Positions 26,260 through 35,646 of a DNA stretch of 64,000 bases are shown here, piece after piece. The position numbers were made by a program, and so were the translations under genes. Source of the stretch: an uncultured Flavobacteriaceae bacterium (lineage in GTDB: Bacteria; Pseudomonadota; Alphaproteobacteria; Micropepsales; Micropepsaceae); contig CAZJOM010000013.1 of assembly GCA_964547645.1 (NCBI GenBank), positions 1,982-65,981 on the forward strand. Direction: 5' to 3'. The notes beneath the pieces are model-generated. The model was not told the DNA's origin. It saw nothing but the letters and a program-made list of their open reading frames with translations, and ran no database searches. Numbering within the stretch: position 1 is the first letter of the stretch; the number at the start of each line of letters is the position of its first letter.

Positions 26260-28227
26260 TTAGACCATATCCGGCGGGGTTGATTCGCTTTGCAGCGTCT
26301 TGATCGCGGCGTCGAGGGTCATGGTCTCCTGTTTCTCTGAACCCAGTCGGCGGACGGAGACGGTGCGCTCCTCCGCCTCCTTGCGCCCGACGACGAGGAG
26401 GTAGGGGACCTTGGCCAGCGAGTGCTCGCGGACCTTATATTTGATCGTTTCGTTCCGGAGATCGGATTCGACGCGGATGCCGCCGAGCTTGAGCGCGGCG
26501 GCCACTTCCTTGGCGTAGTTGTCCGCATCTGAGACGATCGTCGCGACAACCGCCTGTACCGGTGCCATCCAGAGGGGGAACTTACCCGCGTAGTGCTCGA
26601 TCGTGATGCCGATGAAGCGTTCGAGCGAGCCTAGAATCGCGCGGTGCAACATCACCGGCGTCTTGCGGTTGCCGTCCTCTCCTATGTATTCCGCACCGAG
26701 ACGTTCGGGCACGATGTAGTCGACCTGAAGCGTGCCGCACTGCCAGCCACGGCCGATCGCATCATGCAACGTGAACTCAAGCTTCGGTCCGTAGAAGGCG
26801 CCTTCGCCGGGATTGATCGCGTACGGCAAATCGATCTTCCGGCAGGCGAGTTCGAGCGCCGCCTCCGCGCGGTCCCACTGCTCATCGGTGCCGGCGCGCT
26901 GTTCCGGCCTGGTCGAAAGCTTTGTGCTGAAACTGTCGAAACCTAGGTCCTTGTATACGCGCGACAGCAGGTCCACGAATTTGTGCGTCTCGGCGACGAT
27001 CTGTTCCTCGGTGCAGAAGATGTGCGCGTCATCCTGTACGAAGGCGCGCACACGCATGATGCCGTGTAGCGCGCCGGACGGTTCGTAGCGGTGGCATGAG
27101 CCGAATTCCGCCATACGAAGCGGCAAGTCGCGATAGCTCTTCAAGCCTTGCTTGAAGATCTGTACGTGGCCGGGGCAGTTCATCGGCTTGACCGCGAGCA
27201 TGCGCTTTTCTTTGTCGTCGCCTTCGTCAACCTCGGCGATGAACATGTTCGGGCGATAGTTCTCCCAGTGGCCCGACGCCTCCCAGAGCTTGCGATCCAT
27301 AAGCTGCGGCGTCTTGACCTCGCGGTAGTCGGCGCGCTCGACCTGACGGCGGACGTAGTTTTCGAGTGTGCGATAGAGCGTCCAACCCTTCGGATGCCAG
27401 AAGATTTGGCCGACGGCTTCTTCCTGGATGTGGAAGAGGTCCATCTCCTTACCGATCTTGCGGTGGTCGCGCTTTTCGGCTTCCTCGATGCGGATGAGGT
27501 AGGCCTGAAGTTCTTTGTCGTCGCGCCAGGCGGTACCGTAGATGCGCTGTAGCTGGGCGTTCTTAGCATCGCCGCGCCAGTAGGCGCCCGCGATCTTGGT
27601 AAGCTTGAACGCCGTGCCGATCTTGCCCGTCGACATCAAGTGCGGGCCGCGGCAGAGATCGTGCCAATCGCCATGATAGTAGACGCGCACTTCTTCACCG
27701 GCAGGAAAGTCGCGAATGAGCTCGGCCTTGTAGTTCTCGCCCAGCGACTTGAAATGTTCGACGGCTTTGTCGCGGTCCCAGACCGTGCGCTTCGTCGGCA
27801 AATCGGCGGCTACAAGCTCGCGCATCTTCGCCTCGATTGCAGGCAAGTCTTCGGGCCTGAACGGTTCGTTGCGGGCGAAGTCGTAGAAGAAGCCGTCTTC
27901 GATGTTCGGGCCGATGGTGACCTGTGTCCCCGGGAACAGCGCCTGGACCGCCTGCGCCAGCAAGTGCGCGGTGTCGTGGCGGATGAGGTCCAATGCCTCC
28001 TCGCTCTTGCGGGTAACGATTTCGACCTTTGAATCGGTTTGGATCGGCCAATCGAGGTCCTTCATCTCGCCGTTGACCTTGACCGCGAGGGCGGCCTTGG
28101 CGAGGCCTGCGCCGATCGAAGCCGCGACGTCCGCACCGGTCGCCCCGCGCGTCGTCGTCCGCACCGAGCCGTCGGGCAAGGTGATGCGGATTTCGTTGAC
28201 GGGCGAGGACACGATACGGCGCTCCAT
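26260..28227 (-). CDS. thrS: Threonine--tRNA ligase
   Basis: 655 aa with TGS domain (ITLPDGSVR), editing domain, class II core ([30 protein letters not shown]) and anticodon-binding domain. Confidence 0.97.
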   Translation of the reverse strand: MERRIVSSPVNEIRITLPDGSVRTTTRGATGADVAASIGAGLAKAALAVKVNGEMKDLDWPIQTDSKVEIVTRKSEEALDLIRHDTAHLLAQAVQALFPGTQVTIGPNIEDGFFYDFARNEPFRPEDLPAIEAKMRELVAADLPTKRTVWDRDKAVEHFKSLGENYKAELIRDFPAGEEVRVYYHGDWHDLCRGPHLMSTGKIGTAFKLTKIAGAYWRGDAKNAQLQRIYGTAWRDDKELQAYLIRIEEAEKRDHRKIGKEMDLFHIQEEAVGQIFWHPKGWTLYRTLENYVRRQVERADYREVKTPQLMDRKLWEASGHWENYRPNMFIAEVDEGDDKEKRMLAVKPMNCPGHVQIFKQGLKSYRDLPLRMAEFGSCHRYEPSGALHGIMRVRAFVQDDAHIFCTEEQIVAETHKFVDLLSRVYKDLGFDSFSTKLSTRPEQRAGTDEQWDRAEAALELACRKIDLPYAINPGEGAFYGPKLEFTLHDAIGRGWQCGTLQVDYIVPERLGAEYIGEDGNRKTPVMLHRAILGSLERFIGITIEHYAGKFPLWMAPVQAVVATIVSDADNYAKEVAAALKLGGIRVESDLRNETIKYKVREHSLAKVPYLLVVGRKEAEERTVSVRRLGSEKQETMTLDAAIKTLQSESTPPDMV

Positions 28228-28366
28228 TGGTTAAGGTTGTTCGGGAAAGCGCGGCAGATTGGTGGCCGGGGCCGCACTAGTCAAGGAACACGGGTTGCGA
28301 TGCGTGCGGCTCTGTGCCACTTCGGCGACGGACACTTAGGGCGAGGCTCTCAGGAGGGGCGAGTAC

Positions 28367-29026
28367 ATGCACAAGGCCGAGACGGATTGGATCGTCTCGA
28401 GGCTTGCCGGGGTCGACCCGGCGGCCTTGTCACCGATGCTGAACATCGGTTCGTCCACGCTTGAATTCCGTACTAAAAAGCAGCCCTGGATCGAGGCAAA
28501 CTTGATCAAGCCGCTGGAGGCGCGCGGGGTCAAGATCGTGCATGCCGATCTGAAGTCCGGTCCTGGTGTCGATATCACCGCCGACCTCACGACCGAGGAG
28601 GGGTTTAAGACTTTGGCGGCGGTAGGCGCGCGTTCGATTATGATCTGCAATGTGTTGGAGCACGTGCTCGATCCGCGCGCGTTCGCGAACCGGTGCCTTG
28701 ACTTGGTGCTGCCGGATGGATTTGCGATCGTTACCGTGCCGCACAGCTATCCCTATCACCGCGATCCGATCGACACGATGTACCGGCCGACGCCGGAAGA
28801 AGCGGCTTCGCTGTTCGACAACACGACCGTTGTGGCGCGCGACATCATCGATGCCGGGTCCTATCGCGATCATGTGAAGGCGCGCCCGTGGATCATTTCG
28901 CGGCAGATTTTTCGCGCACCGTTTCCATTCCTCGGATGGGAGAAATGGAAGCGATCGATGGGCAAACTCTATTGGCTGGTCTATCCCTATCAGATGACCT
29001 GTGTGTTGTTGCGCAAGACCGGTTGA
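28367..29026 (+). CDS. Class I SAM-dependent methyltransferase
   Basis: 219 aa. MLNIGSS..., IVHADL..GPGVDITADL, IMICNVLEHVLDP, LVLPDGFAIVTVP (methyltransferase type 11/12-like pattern). Confidence 0.75.
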   Translation: MHKAETDWIVSRLAGVDPAALSPMLNIGSSTLEFRTKKQPWIEANLIKPLEARGVKIVHADLKSGPGVDITADLTTEEGFKTLAAVGARSIMICNVLEHVLDPRAFANRCLDLVLPDGFAIVTVPHSYPYHRDPIDTMYRPTPEEAASLFDNTTVVARDIIDAGSYRDHVKARPWIISRQIFRAPFPFLGWEKWKRSMGKLYWLVYPYQMTCVLLRKTG

Positions 29027-29844
29027 TTCCCGTGCCCCCGCTACCGCTTTCCTGTTTCATCATCGCCAAGAACGAGGCCGACCGGATCGGGCGAACGATC
29101 GCGGCCGTGAAGGACTTGGTCGACGAAGTGATCGTCGTCGATTCGGGCAGCACGGACGGCACGCAGGATGCCGCTACCAAAGCGGGGGCGCGCGTCGTCT
29201 TCAACGAGTGGCCGGGGTTCGGTCAGCAGAAGCGCTTTGCCGAAGGGCTGTGCCGCCATTCTTGGACACTCAATCTGGACGCTGACGAGGTGATCTCGCT
29301 GGAGCTCGCGGGCGAGATTCGAAATTTGTTCGCCGCCGGCGAGCCGCCGCTTGCGGCCTATCGGCTGCGCATCAACAACGTTTATCCGGGGCATGACCGG
29401 CCGCGGTTGTGGGCGAACGATCATGTGGTGGTGCGGCTCTATGATCGGCGGCGCGTGCGGTTCAAAGATTCGACGCTCCACGATTCCGTTGATGTTGCCG
29501 GTCAAAGTGTCGCGACGTTGCGGGGTGAGGTTTATCACTTCTCGATGCGGACGTTCGACGAGATGGTCGAGAAGGCGGACGAGCGCATGCGCTACAACGC
29601 GGATCACGCGAAACGCAAACCGGCTTGGCAGCTGGCGGTGCGGGTGGTGTTCGAGTTTCCGTTCGCGTTCCTACGCTACTACTTCGTGCGCCGGCATTTT
29701 ACCGGCGGTTTGATTGGGTTTGAAACCGCCGTGGTCGGCGCTTACTCACGCTTCATTCGGATCGCACGGATGTTGGAAGCGCAGCGGCATCCGCAACTCA
29801 GCGACGGACAAGGTGCCGCACGGCTGAACGAGCGGCGTCGCTAG
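29023..29844 (+). CDS. Glycosyltransferase family 2
   Basis: Within track ORF 28888..29844. TTG 29023 overlaps the upstream TGA (TTGA); alternative GTG 29032. LSCFIIAKNEADRIGRTIAAVKDLVDEVIVVDSGSTDGT...LNLDADE (DxD). Confidence 0.8.
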   Translation: MIPVPPLPLSCFIIAKNEADRIGRTIAAVKDLVDEVIVVDSGSTDGTQDAATKAGARVVFNEWPGFGQQKRFAEGLCRHSWTLNLDADEVISLELAGEIRNLFAAGEPPLAAYRLRINNVYPGHDRPRLWANDHVVVRLYDRRRVRFKDSTLHDSVDVAGQSVATLRGEVYHFSMRTFDEMVEKADERMRYNADHAKRKPAWQLAVRVVFEFPFAFLRYYFVRRHFTGGLIGFETAVVGAYSRFIRIARMLEAQRHPQLSDGQGAARLNERRR

Positions 29845-30942
29845 ATGATCGTGGTCACCACCCAGTGTTTTCCACCTGATCGCGGCGGGATCGAAGCACT
29901 GATGGGGGGGCTTGCGGACACGTTGAGCGCGCAGGGACGGGCCGTGTCTGTGTTCGCGGATCGCATCCATGTGCGCGATGCTGCGGAGCGGTCTACGCCC
30001 TACCCGGTTCGGCGTTTTGGCGGGCCACGACCGCTACGTCGTTGGCTCAAGGCGCGTGCGGTAGCGGCGGCGGTGCGCGCCGGCAAAGTCGAAGGCGTGT
30101 TTGCGGATTCCTGGAAGAGCGCGGAGTTGTTGCCTCCGCTCTCCGCGCCGCTGGCCGTGCTGGTACATGGAACCGAGATTCCGGTGGCGCCGTCGGCGTC
30201 GAAGCGGGCACGCATCGAGAGAACGTTTGCGCGTGCGCATGCGGTGATCGTGAACTCCGCCTATACCGGCGATGTGATTGCGCCCTATCTAAGCGATGGG
30301 CGAGCGCGGATTCGGTTGGTACATCCGCCGATCGCGCCGCAGATTGTGCCCTCAGAAGGCGCGCTTTCGCGTGCGCGGACGTTTGTGCACTCGTCGAAGC
30401 CGGTGCTGCTCACTGTTGCACGGCTTGAAGAGCGCAAGGGAGTCGATACGGTAATCCGCGCGATGCCGGAGGTGCTGAAGGTTCATCCCGATGCGATCTA
30501 TGTCGTGGCGGGGCCGGGCGACGATCGCCCCCGGTTGGAGCAAATGGCCCGCGATCTTGGTGTCGGTGGCCGGGTGCTGTTTACCGGGGCGGTCGATGGC
30601 GAACCTAAGGCCGCGCTCTACGCCAACGCCGACGTCTTTGCGATGCCGACGCGGCGGGTTGGGAACTCGGTCGAGAGTTACGGTCTCGTCTACGTCGAAG
30701 CCGCTTGGTACGGCGTGCCTTCGCTCGCGGGCCGCGATGGCGGCGCGGGCGATGCCGTGCTCGACGAGCAGACGGGATTGCTGTGTGACGGCCGCGATCC
30801 TGCCGACGTGACGCGTCAATTGCTTCGGTTGCTCGGTGATGCCGAGCTCAGACAGCGGCTGGGTGACGGTGCGAAGCAGCGCGCGCGAGGGCCCGCGCAG
30901 TGGAGCGAATCGATCAAGCTTTACTTGGACGCGCTGACATAA
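29845..30942 (+). CDS. Glycosyltransferase family 4 (GT-B, Glycos_transf_1)
   Basis: 365 aa. FPPDRGGIEALMGGLA...; C-terminal VFAMPTRRVGNSVESYGLVYVEAAWYGVPSL (EX7E region). The ATG directly follows the upstream TAG. Confidence 0.85.
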   Translation: MIVVTTQCFPPDRGGIEALMGGLADTLSAQGRAVSVFADRIHVRDAAERSTPYPVRRFGGPRPLRRWLKARAVAAAVRAGKVEGVFADSWKSAELLPPLSAPLAVLVHGTEIPVAPSASKRARIERTFARAHAVIVNSAYTGDVIAPYLSDGRARIRLVHPPIAPQIVPSEGALSRARTFVHSSKPVLLTVARLEERKGVDTVIRAMPEVLKVHPDAIYVVAGPGDDRPRLEQMARDLGVGGRVLFTGAVDGEPKAALYANADVFAMPTRRVGNSVESYGLVYVEAAWYGVPSLAGRDGGAGDAVLDEQTGLLCDGRDPADVTRQLLRLLGDAELRQRLGDGAKQRARGPAQWSESIKLYLDALT

Positions 30943-32068
30943 GCGTGCGGTAGACGTTCAGCGTCGCGGCACACATGGCATCGACCGTGTAGTCTTTCAG
31001 AACGCGGGCGCGGGCTGCTATCGCCATCTTGGTCCGTTCGTCGGCGCTGATGGCCAAGGCGTGGGCGATTTGCTTGGCGAGCGCGTCGGTGTCGCCCGGC
31101 GGGAACAGGAAACCGGTCTCACCGTCTTCGACCGTTTCGGTCTGTGCGCCTAGGTTAGACGCGACGAGCGGGCGGCCCATCGCTTGCGCCTCGACGGCGA
31201 CGCGGCCGAACGCTTCGGGTTCAATCGAAGGTACAACGATGACGTCGGCGACCATCATCGCGGCCGGCATGTCGGAGCAGTGGCCGGGGATGCGGACGCG
31301 TTGCGTTAAGCCCAGGCGGTCTATGGCAGTGCGCAACTCTTCGACATAAGCGTCGCGTTCCTGCGCGTCGCCGACCATGACGGCTTCGAAGTTTTGATCG
31401 GCGAGTTTCGCAAGCGCTTCGACGAACACAAGTTGACCTTTCCAACGTGTGAGTCGGTTCGGCAGCACGATCACGGGCTTGCCGGTTTTGAGACCCCACT
31501 GCCTGCGGACGTTTTCAATTCGCTCGGGTGTGACTTTCTCAGGTGTGAAGGCGCCGATGTCGATGCCACGCGGGATGACGCGCACTTTGCCCTTCGCCAT
31601 CTTGTGCTCCTCCAGCACGTGATGAGCGGTGTAGCGCGAGTTCGCGATTACTGCGTCCGCGCGAGCCATGATCGAATTGTAGTAGCGCTTCAACGCGCCT
31701 TTCGCGTTGTAGATACCGTGATAGGTGGCGACGTAGATGATCTTGGTGCGCCTTGCCGCGAGGTAGGCGCTCCACGCCGGTGCGCGCGAGCGGGCGTGGA
31801 TGATCGCAACGCCCTCGCGACGAATGACATCGGCGAGGACGGCAGCGTTCTTCCAAATCTTGAGTGGGTTCTTGGTGTCGAAGTCGCCGGTGACGATCTT
31901 TGCGCCTGCGGCTTCGGCTTCCGCTGCGAGCCTGCCGCCCTTGGTCGCGACCCATGCTTTGCCGCCCGCTTGTACGACCGCGCGCGCGACATCGACCGCG
32001 GTACGCTCCGCCCCACCGGCGTCGAGCGCCGGAATGACTTGCAGAACGGAGAGCGATGATGAGGTCAT
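30914..32068 (-). CDS. Glycosyltransferase family 4 (GT-B)
   Basis: 384 aa. VLQVIPALDAGGAERTAVDVA...; VIVVPSIEPEAFGRVAVEAQAMGRPLVASNLG. Convergent 29-nt overlap with the preceding GT4 gene. Confidence 0.85.
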   Translation of the reverse strand: MTSSSLSVLQVIPALDAGGAERTAVDVARAVVQAGGKAWVATKGGRLAAEAEAAGAKIVTGDFDTKNPLKIWKNAAVLADVIRREGVAIIHARSRAPAWSAYLAARRTKIIYVATYHGIYNAKGALKRYYNSIMARADAVIANSRYTAHHVLEEHKMAKGKVRVIPRGIDIGAFTPEKVTPERIENVRRQWGLKTGKPVIVLPNRLTRWKGQLVFVEALAKLADQNFEAVMVGDAQERDAYVEELRTAIDRLGLTQRVRIPGHCSDMPAAMMVADVIVVPSIEPEAFGRVAVEAQAMGRPLVASNLGAQTETVEDGETGFLFPPGDTDALAKQIAHALAISADERTKMAIAARARVLKDYTVDAMCAATLNVYRTLMSARPSKA

Positions 32069-32083
32069 GCGAGGCGATTGTCT

Positions 32084-32953
32084 CTATGCTTTCAGGAGGG
32101 CGCGCAAGCCCTCGCGATAAGTCGGATAGGTTAAGGCGACACCGAGTTCGCGCTTAATGAGGTCGTTCCGGACGCGCTTCGACTCAGCGTAAAAGCTCAG
32201 GGCCATTTCGGACATTGAGCGGGCCGCATCTTCGAAGCGTTCGAGCGGCGGCGGGTCTCGCTTAAGGAGTTTCGCAGCGTATTCGATAACTTCATGCGGA
32301 GGGGCGGGTTCGTCGTCGCAGACGTTGTAAATCGCGCCGGGACGCGGGCGGACGATCGATGCCTCCAACACTTGCGCGATGTCATCGACGTGAATGCGCG
32401 AGAAGACTTGACCTTGTTTGACGATGCGGCGCGCGGTGCCGTCGTGCAGCGACGCGAGCTGATTGCGCTCGGGTCCGTAGATACCTGCAAGGCGGAAGAC
32501 CTGAACCGGTACGCTTGTCGCGGTGCCCCACGCAGCCCAGCCATGCTCAGCCACCAAACGGCGTTTGCCGCGTTCGCTTACCGGATTGGCCGGCGTTTGC
32601 TCATCAACCCAATCGCCTTGGCGATCCCCATAGACACCGGTCGTGGAAAGATAGCCGACCCATTTCGGACGCGGGATCAGGGCGGAAAGATCGTGGACGT
32701 GGTGCTTCAGAACCGGATCGCCGTCGGGGCCGGGTGGCGCGCTGATCAAGATGTGCGTCGTATCGCGCAGCGTCTCTGTTGGATTTGCCAGGGGGCCGGC
32801 GAACACGAAGCCTTCGTAACCAAGATCGGTCAGTGTCTGGACCCGTTCACGCGAACGTGCGGTACCGGCAATCCGCCAGCCCTTCGGCGCGAGACGGCGG
32901 GCGAGCGCGGCAGCACTGAAACCCAATCCGAAGCAGAACAGCCGGTTCGTCAC
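32084..32953 (-). CDS. NAD(P)-binding SDR-family protein (epimerase/dehydratase-like)
   Basis: Track ORF 32084..33025 trimmed to GTG 32953 (VTNRLFCFGLGFSAAALARRL = Rossmann GxGxxA). ...STTGVYGD..., F RLAGIYGP. Confidence 0.75.
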   Translation of the reverse strand: MTNRLFCFGLGFSAAALARRLAPKGWRIAGTARSRERVQTLTDLGYEGFVFAGPLANPTETLRDTTHILISAPPGPDGDPVLKHHVHDLSALIPRPKWVGYLSTTGVYGDRQGDWVDEQTPANPVSERGKRRLVAEHGWAAWGTATSVPVQVFRLAGIYGPERNQLASLHDGTARRIVKQGQVFSRIHVDDIAQVLEASIVRPRPGAIYNVCDDEPAPPHEVIEYAAKLLKRDPPPLERFEDAARSMSEMALSFYAESKRVRNDLIKRELGVALTYPTYREGLRALLKA

Positions 32954-33017
32954 GCGCCGCCAACCTTGCCGAAGTTTAAGGCTTGAATTTACCGCAGAGT
33001 CTGCGAAGTCTGGCCCT

Positions 33018-33803
33018 ATGGTCAAGTTCCTCCTGATCGCGGCTGCGGCCGCCGTTTCAACAGCCCCCGACGTCCCGTGGGACTACGATAAGTGCTTGGC
33101 GAAAGTGACGCGCCATGCAGATGACGCGTTCGAGATGGCCATGAACGCGCTAAAAGACGGTGACGAACCGAGTGCAGAACATTGCGCGGCAGTCGCGTTG
33201 ATCAACCTGAAGCAATACAACGAGGCGGCGCGGCGGCTTGATGCGCTTGCACGGAAGGGCTCCGCCGGCGGTGCGGAGATGCGGGCGCAGTTGCTGGGGC
33301 AAGCGGGCAACGCCTGGATCCTTGCCGGGCAGCCGGAGCTTGCGACATCGTCGTTCACGGCGGCGCTTGCGTTGATGTCGGGCGAGGCGATCTATCTGAT
33401 CGATCGCGCGCGGGCGTCGGCGATGCTGAAAAAGTGGACGGCGGCCGAAACCGACCTCTCGGCGGCGCTGGTAGCGGAACCCGGTAATCCCGAAGCATTG
33501 GTGCTGCGGGCAAGCGCGCGGCGCGCCCAGCGGAACTTTCAAGGCGCGATGGGCGACGTGACGCAAGCGTTGGTCATCGATCCGAACTATCCGGAGGCGC
33601 TCGTCGAGCGCGGTTTGTTGCGCGCGGCGCTCAACGACAAGCCCGGCGCGCGCAAGGACTTCTTGCGCGTGCTGGAAATCGCTGCCGATCCGGATCGCAA
33701 GGTTGCCGATGCCGCCGCCGACGCAGCGCGCAGTGCCCGGCGGGAGATTGAGAAGCTTGAGGTCGTCAAGGACAAGCTGAAGATTCGCGTCAACAACAAC
33801 TAA
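33018..33803 (+). CDS. Exported TPR-repeat protein
   Basis: 261 aa. N-terminal hydrophobic signal (MVKFLLIAAAAAVSTA) and repeated A..Y/F..A...P.NPEAL TPR-like units. Confidence 0.7.
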   Translation: MVKFLLIAAAAAVSTAPDVPWDYDKCLAKVTRHADDAFEMAMNALKDGDEPSAEHCAAVALINLKQYNEAARRLDALARKGSAGGAEMRAQLLGQAGNAWILAGQPELATSSFTAALALMSGEAIYLIDRARASAMLKKWTAAETDLSAALVAEPGNPEALVLRASARRAQRNFQGAMGDVTQALVIDPNYPEALVERGLLRAALNDKPGARKDFLRVLEIAADPDRKVADAAADAARSARREIEKLEVVKDKLKIRVNNN

Positions 33804-34912
33804 GTAGCGCGCCATTCGTCCAGCACGGACGGTTCCTTCTCGTCCTTCTCAAGCCGCTCGCGTTCGGCGACGAAAGCGGTGGGCGACGAGAGCCGGGCAA
33901 AGGCCCATATCGCTGCAGCGCGTACAACGGGCGATGGGTCCGTAAGCAATTTCCTTGCAACTCCGGCCAATGCCTGGTCGGCGCTGTTACCCATCGCGAT
34001 CAAGACGTTGCGGACGAAGCGGTCGCGACCGATGCGCTTGACCGGTGAGGCTCTAAACTTTGCTCGGAAAGCTGCGTCATCGAGTGCGGCGAGTTCGGCC
34101 AGCAGCGGCGACTTGAGGTCGGCGCGCGGATGAAACGCGGCCTCGCGCGAAGCGGTTGCGAACTTGTTCCAGGGACACACGGCGAGGCAATCGTCGCAGC
34201 CATAGATGCGATTGCCCATCAGCGGGCGCAAATCGCGCGGGATCGAACCCTTGTGCTCGATCGTGAGGTAGGAGATGCAGCGGCGAGCGTCGAGCTTGTG
34301 CGGCGCGAGGAAGGCATTCGTTGGGCAGATGTCGAGGCAGCGGGTGCAAGTGCCGCAGTGATCGGCCTCCGGCGCGCACTGTCCCAGGTCCAAGGTCGTT
34401 AGAATCACGCCAAGAAAAAGCCAGGAGCCGCGCTCGCGGCTGACCAAGTTCGTATGCTTACCTTGCCAACCAATGCCGGCCGCTTCGGCGAGCGGCTTTT
34501 CCATCAACGGTGCTGTGTCCACGAAGACTTTCACATCGCCGCCGAACTTCTCGACGATCGCACGGGCGATCGTCTTCAGGCGTTTCTTGATCACGTCGTG
34601 ATAATCGTCGCCTTGGGCGTAGACGGAGATCGTCGCATGCCGCTTCTGTTCGAGGTTCAGCAGCGGATCGTCGGCCGGCGCGTAAGAGAGGCCGAGGACG
34701 ATCGCGCTCTTCGCCTCGCTCCAGAGTTGGCGGGGTTGCGAGCGTTCGCTGGCGCGCGCTTCGAGCCAGCCCATGTCGCCGTGGTGACCGGCTGCCAGGA
34801 ACTCCTGCAGGCCCGCAGACACGGTCGCGCCGAGTTCAGCGGGCGCGAAGCCAACGGCATCGAAGCCCTGTGCCAAACTCAAGTCGCGGATGATGTCGTG
34901 CGCGGCGCTCAT
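33800..34912 (-). CDS. queG: tRNA epoxyqueuosine(34) reductase
   Basis: Track ORF 33800..35062 trimmed to ATG 34912 (MSAAHDIIRDL). Two 4Fe-4S motifs, CGTCTRCLDICPTNAF and CDDCLAVCPWNKF. C-terminal HEAT-like region. Confidence 0.9.
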   Translation of the reverse strand: MSAAHDIIRDLSLAQGFDAVGFAPAELGATVSAGLQEFLAAGHHGDMGWLEARASERSQPRQLWSEAKSAIVLGLSYAPADDPLLNLEQKRHATISVYAQGDDYHDVIKKRLKTIARAIVEKFGGDVKVFVDTAPLMEKPLAEAAGIGWQGKHTNLVSRERGSWLFLGVILTTLDLGQCAPEADHCGTCTRCLDICPTNAFLAPHKLDARRCISYLTIEHKGSIPRDLRPLMGNRIYGCDDCLAVCPWNKFATASREAAFHPRADLKSPLLAELAALDDAAFRAKFRASPVKRIGRDRFVRNVLIAMGNSADQALAGVARKLLTDPSPVVRAAAIWAFARLSSPTAFVAERERLEKDEKEPSVLDEWRAT

Positions 34913-34932
34913 CGCGCCCTTCCCCACCGTTT

Positions 34933-35601
34933 TTAGAAATCGAGGTTCGCATAGTGCGGCGGGGGTGCGATACCGGGCAAATTGTCGGCTAGAATCGGAC
35001 GAAAGCTCGGGCGCGACTTCAGGCGCGCGTACCATTCCTTGGCTTTTGGGTAGGCGTCCCAAGGCACGTCGCCGAAGTAGTCGATGCAGGAGAGGTGCGC
35101 CGCGCCGGTGAAGTCCGCGAGGCCCAACGCACCGCCAAGATTGTCGCGTTGATCGAGTAGCTTTTCGATGAATTGCATGTTCCTGCGCAAGGCGTCGAGC
35201 GCGCGCCGGATGTCCGCGAGGTCCGGCGGCGGTGCGCCGTTGGCAAAGCGCTTGATTAGCTTTTCTCGGATGATGGTCGACGTGACTTCGCTGAAGAAGA
35301 AGCGATCGAACCAGGCTGTGATCCGGCGCACCTCAGCGCGGTCGGTGGGGCGCTTGGGAAGCAGCGGCGGGTCGGGATGCAGTTCTTCGAAGTACTCCGC
35401 GATGGCCTGTGAGTCCGCAATGCGGAAGCCGCCGTCTTCAACAACGACCGGCAACTGGCCCGACGGATCAAGCGGAAACAGATCCGCCTTCGGCTCCCAA
35501 GGCTTCTCAGGCGCGTTTTCGAAGACGAGCTTTTTCTCGCCCATCACGAGACGAACCTTGCGGCAGAACGGGGAGAGCTGGAAATGGTGGAGGCGGCGCA
35601 T
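34933..35601 (-). CDS. Glutathione S-transferase family protein
   Basis: 222 aa. LHHFQLSPFCRKVRLVMGEK...GQLPVVVEDGGFRIADSQAIAEYFEE (GST N-terminal thioredoxin-like fold). Confidence 0.85.
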   Translation of the reverse strand: MRRLHHFQLSPFCRKVRLVMGEKKLVFENAPEKPWEPKADLFPLDPSGQLPVVVEDGGFRIADSQAIAEYFEELHPDPPLLPKRPTDRAEVRRITAWFDRFFFSEVTSTIIREKLIKRFANGAPPPDLADIRRALDALRRNMQFIEKLLDQRDNLGGALGLADFTGAAHLSCIDYFGDVPWDAYPKAKEWYARLKSRPSFRPILADNLPGIAPPPHYANLDF

Positions 35602-35646
35602 TCGTAGAGTCTACTCGATTCTCGCCGGCCTCACTCAACTATCGGC

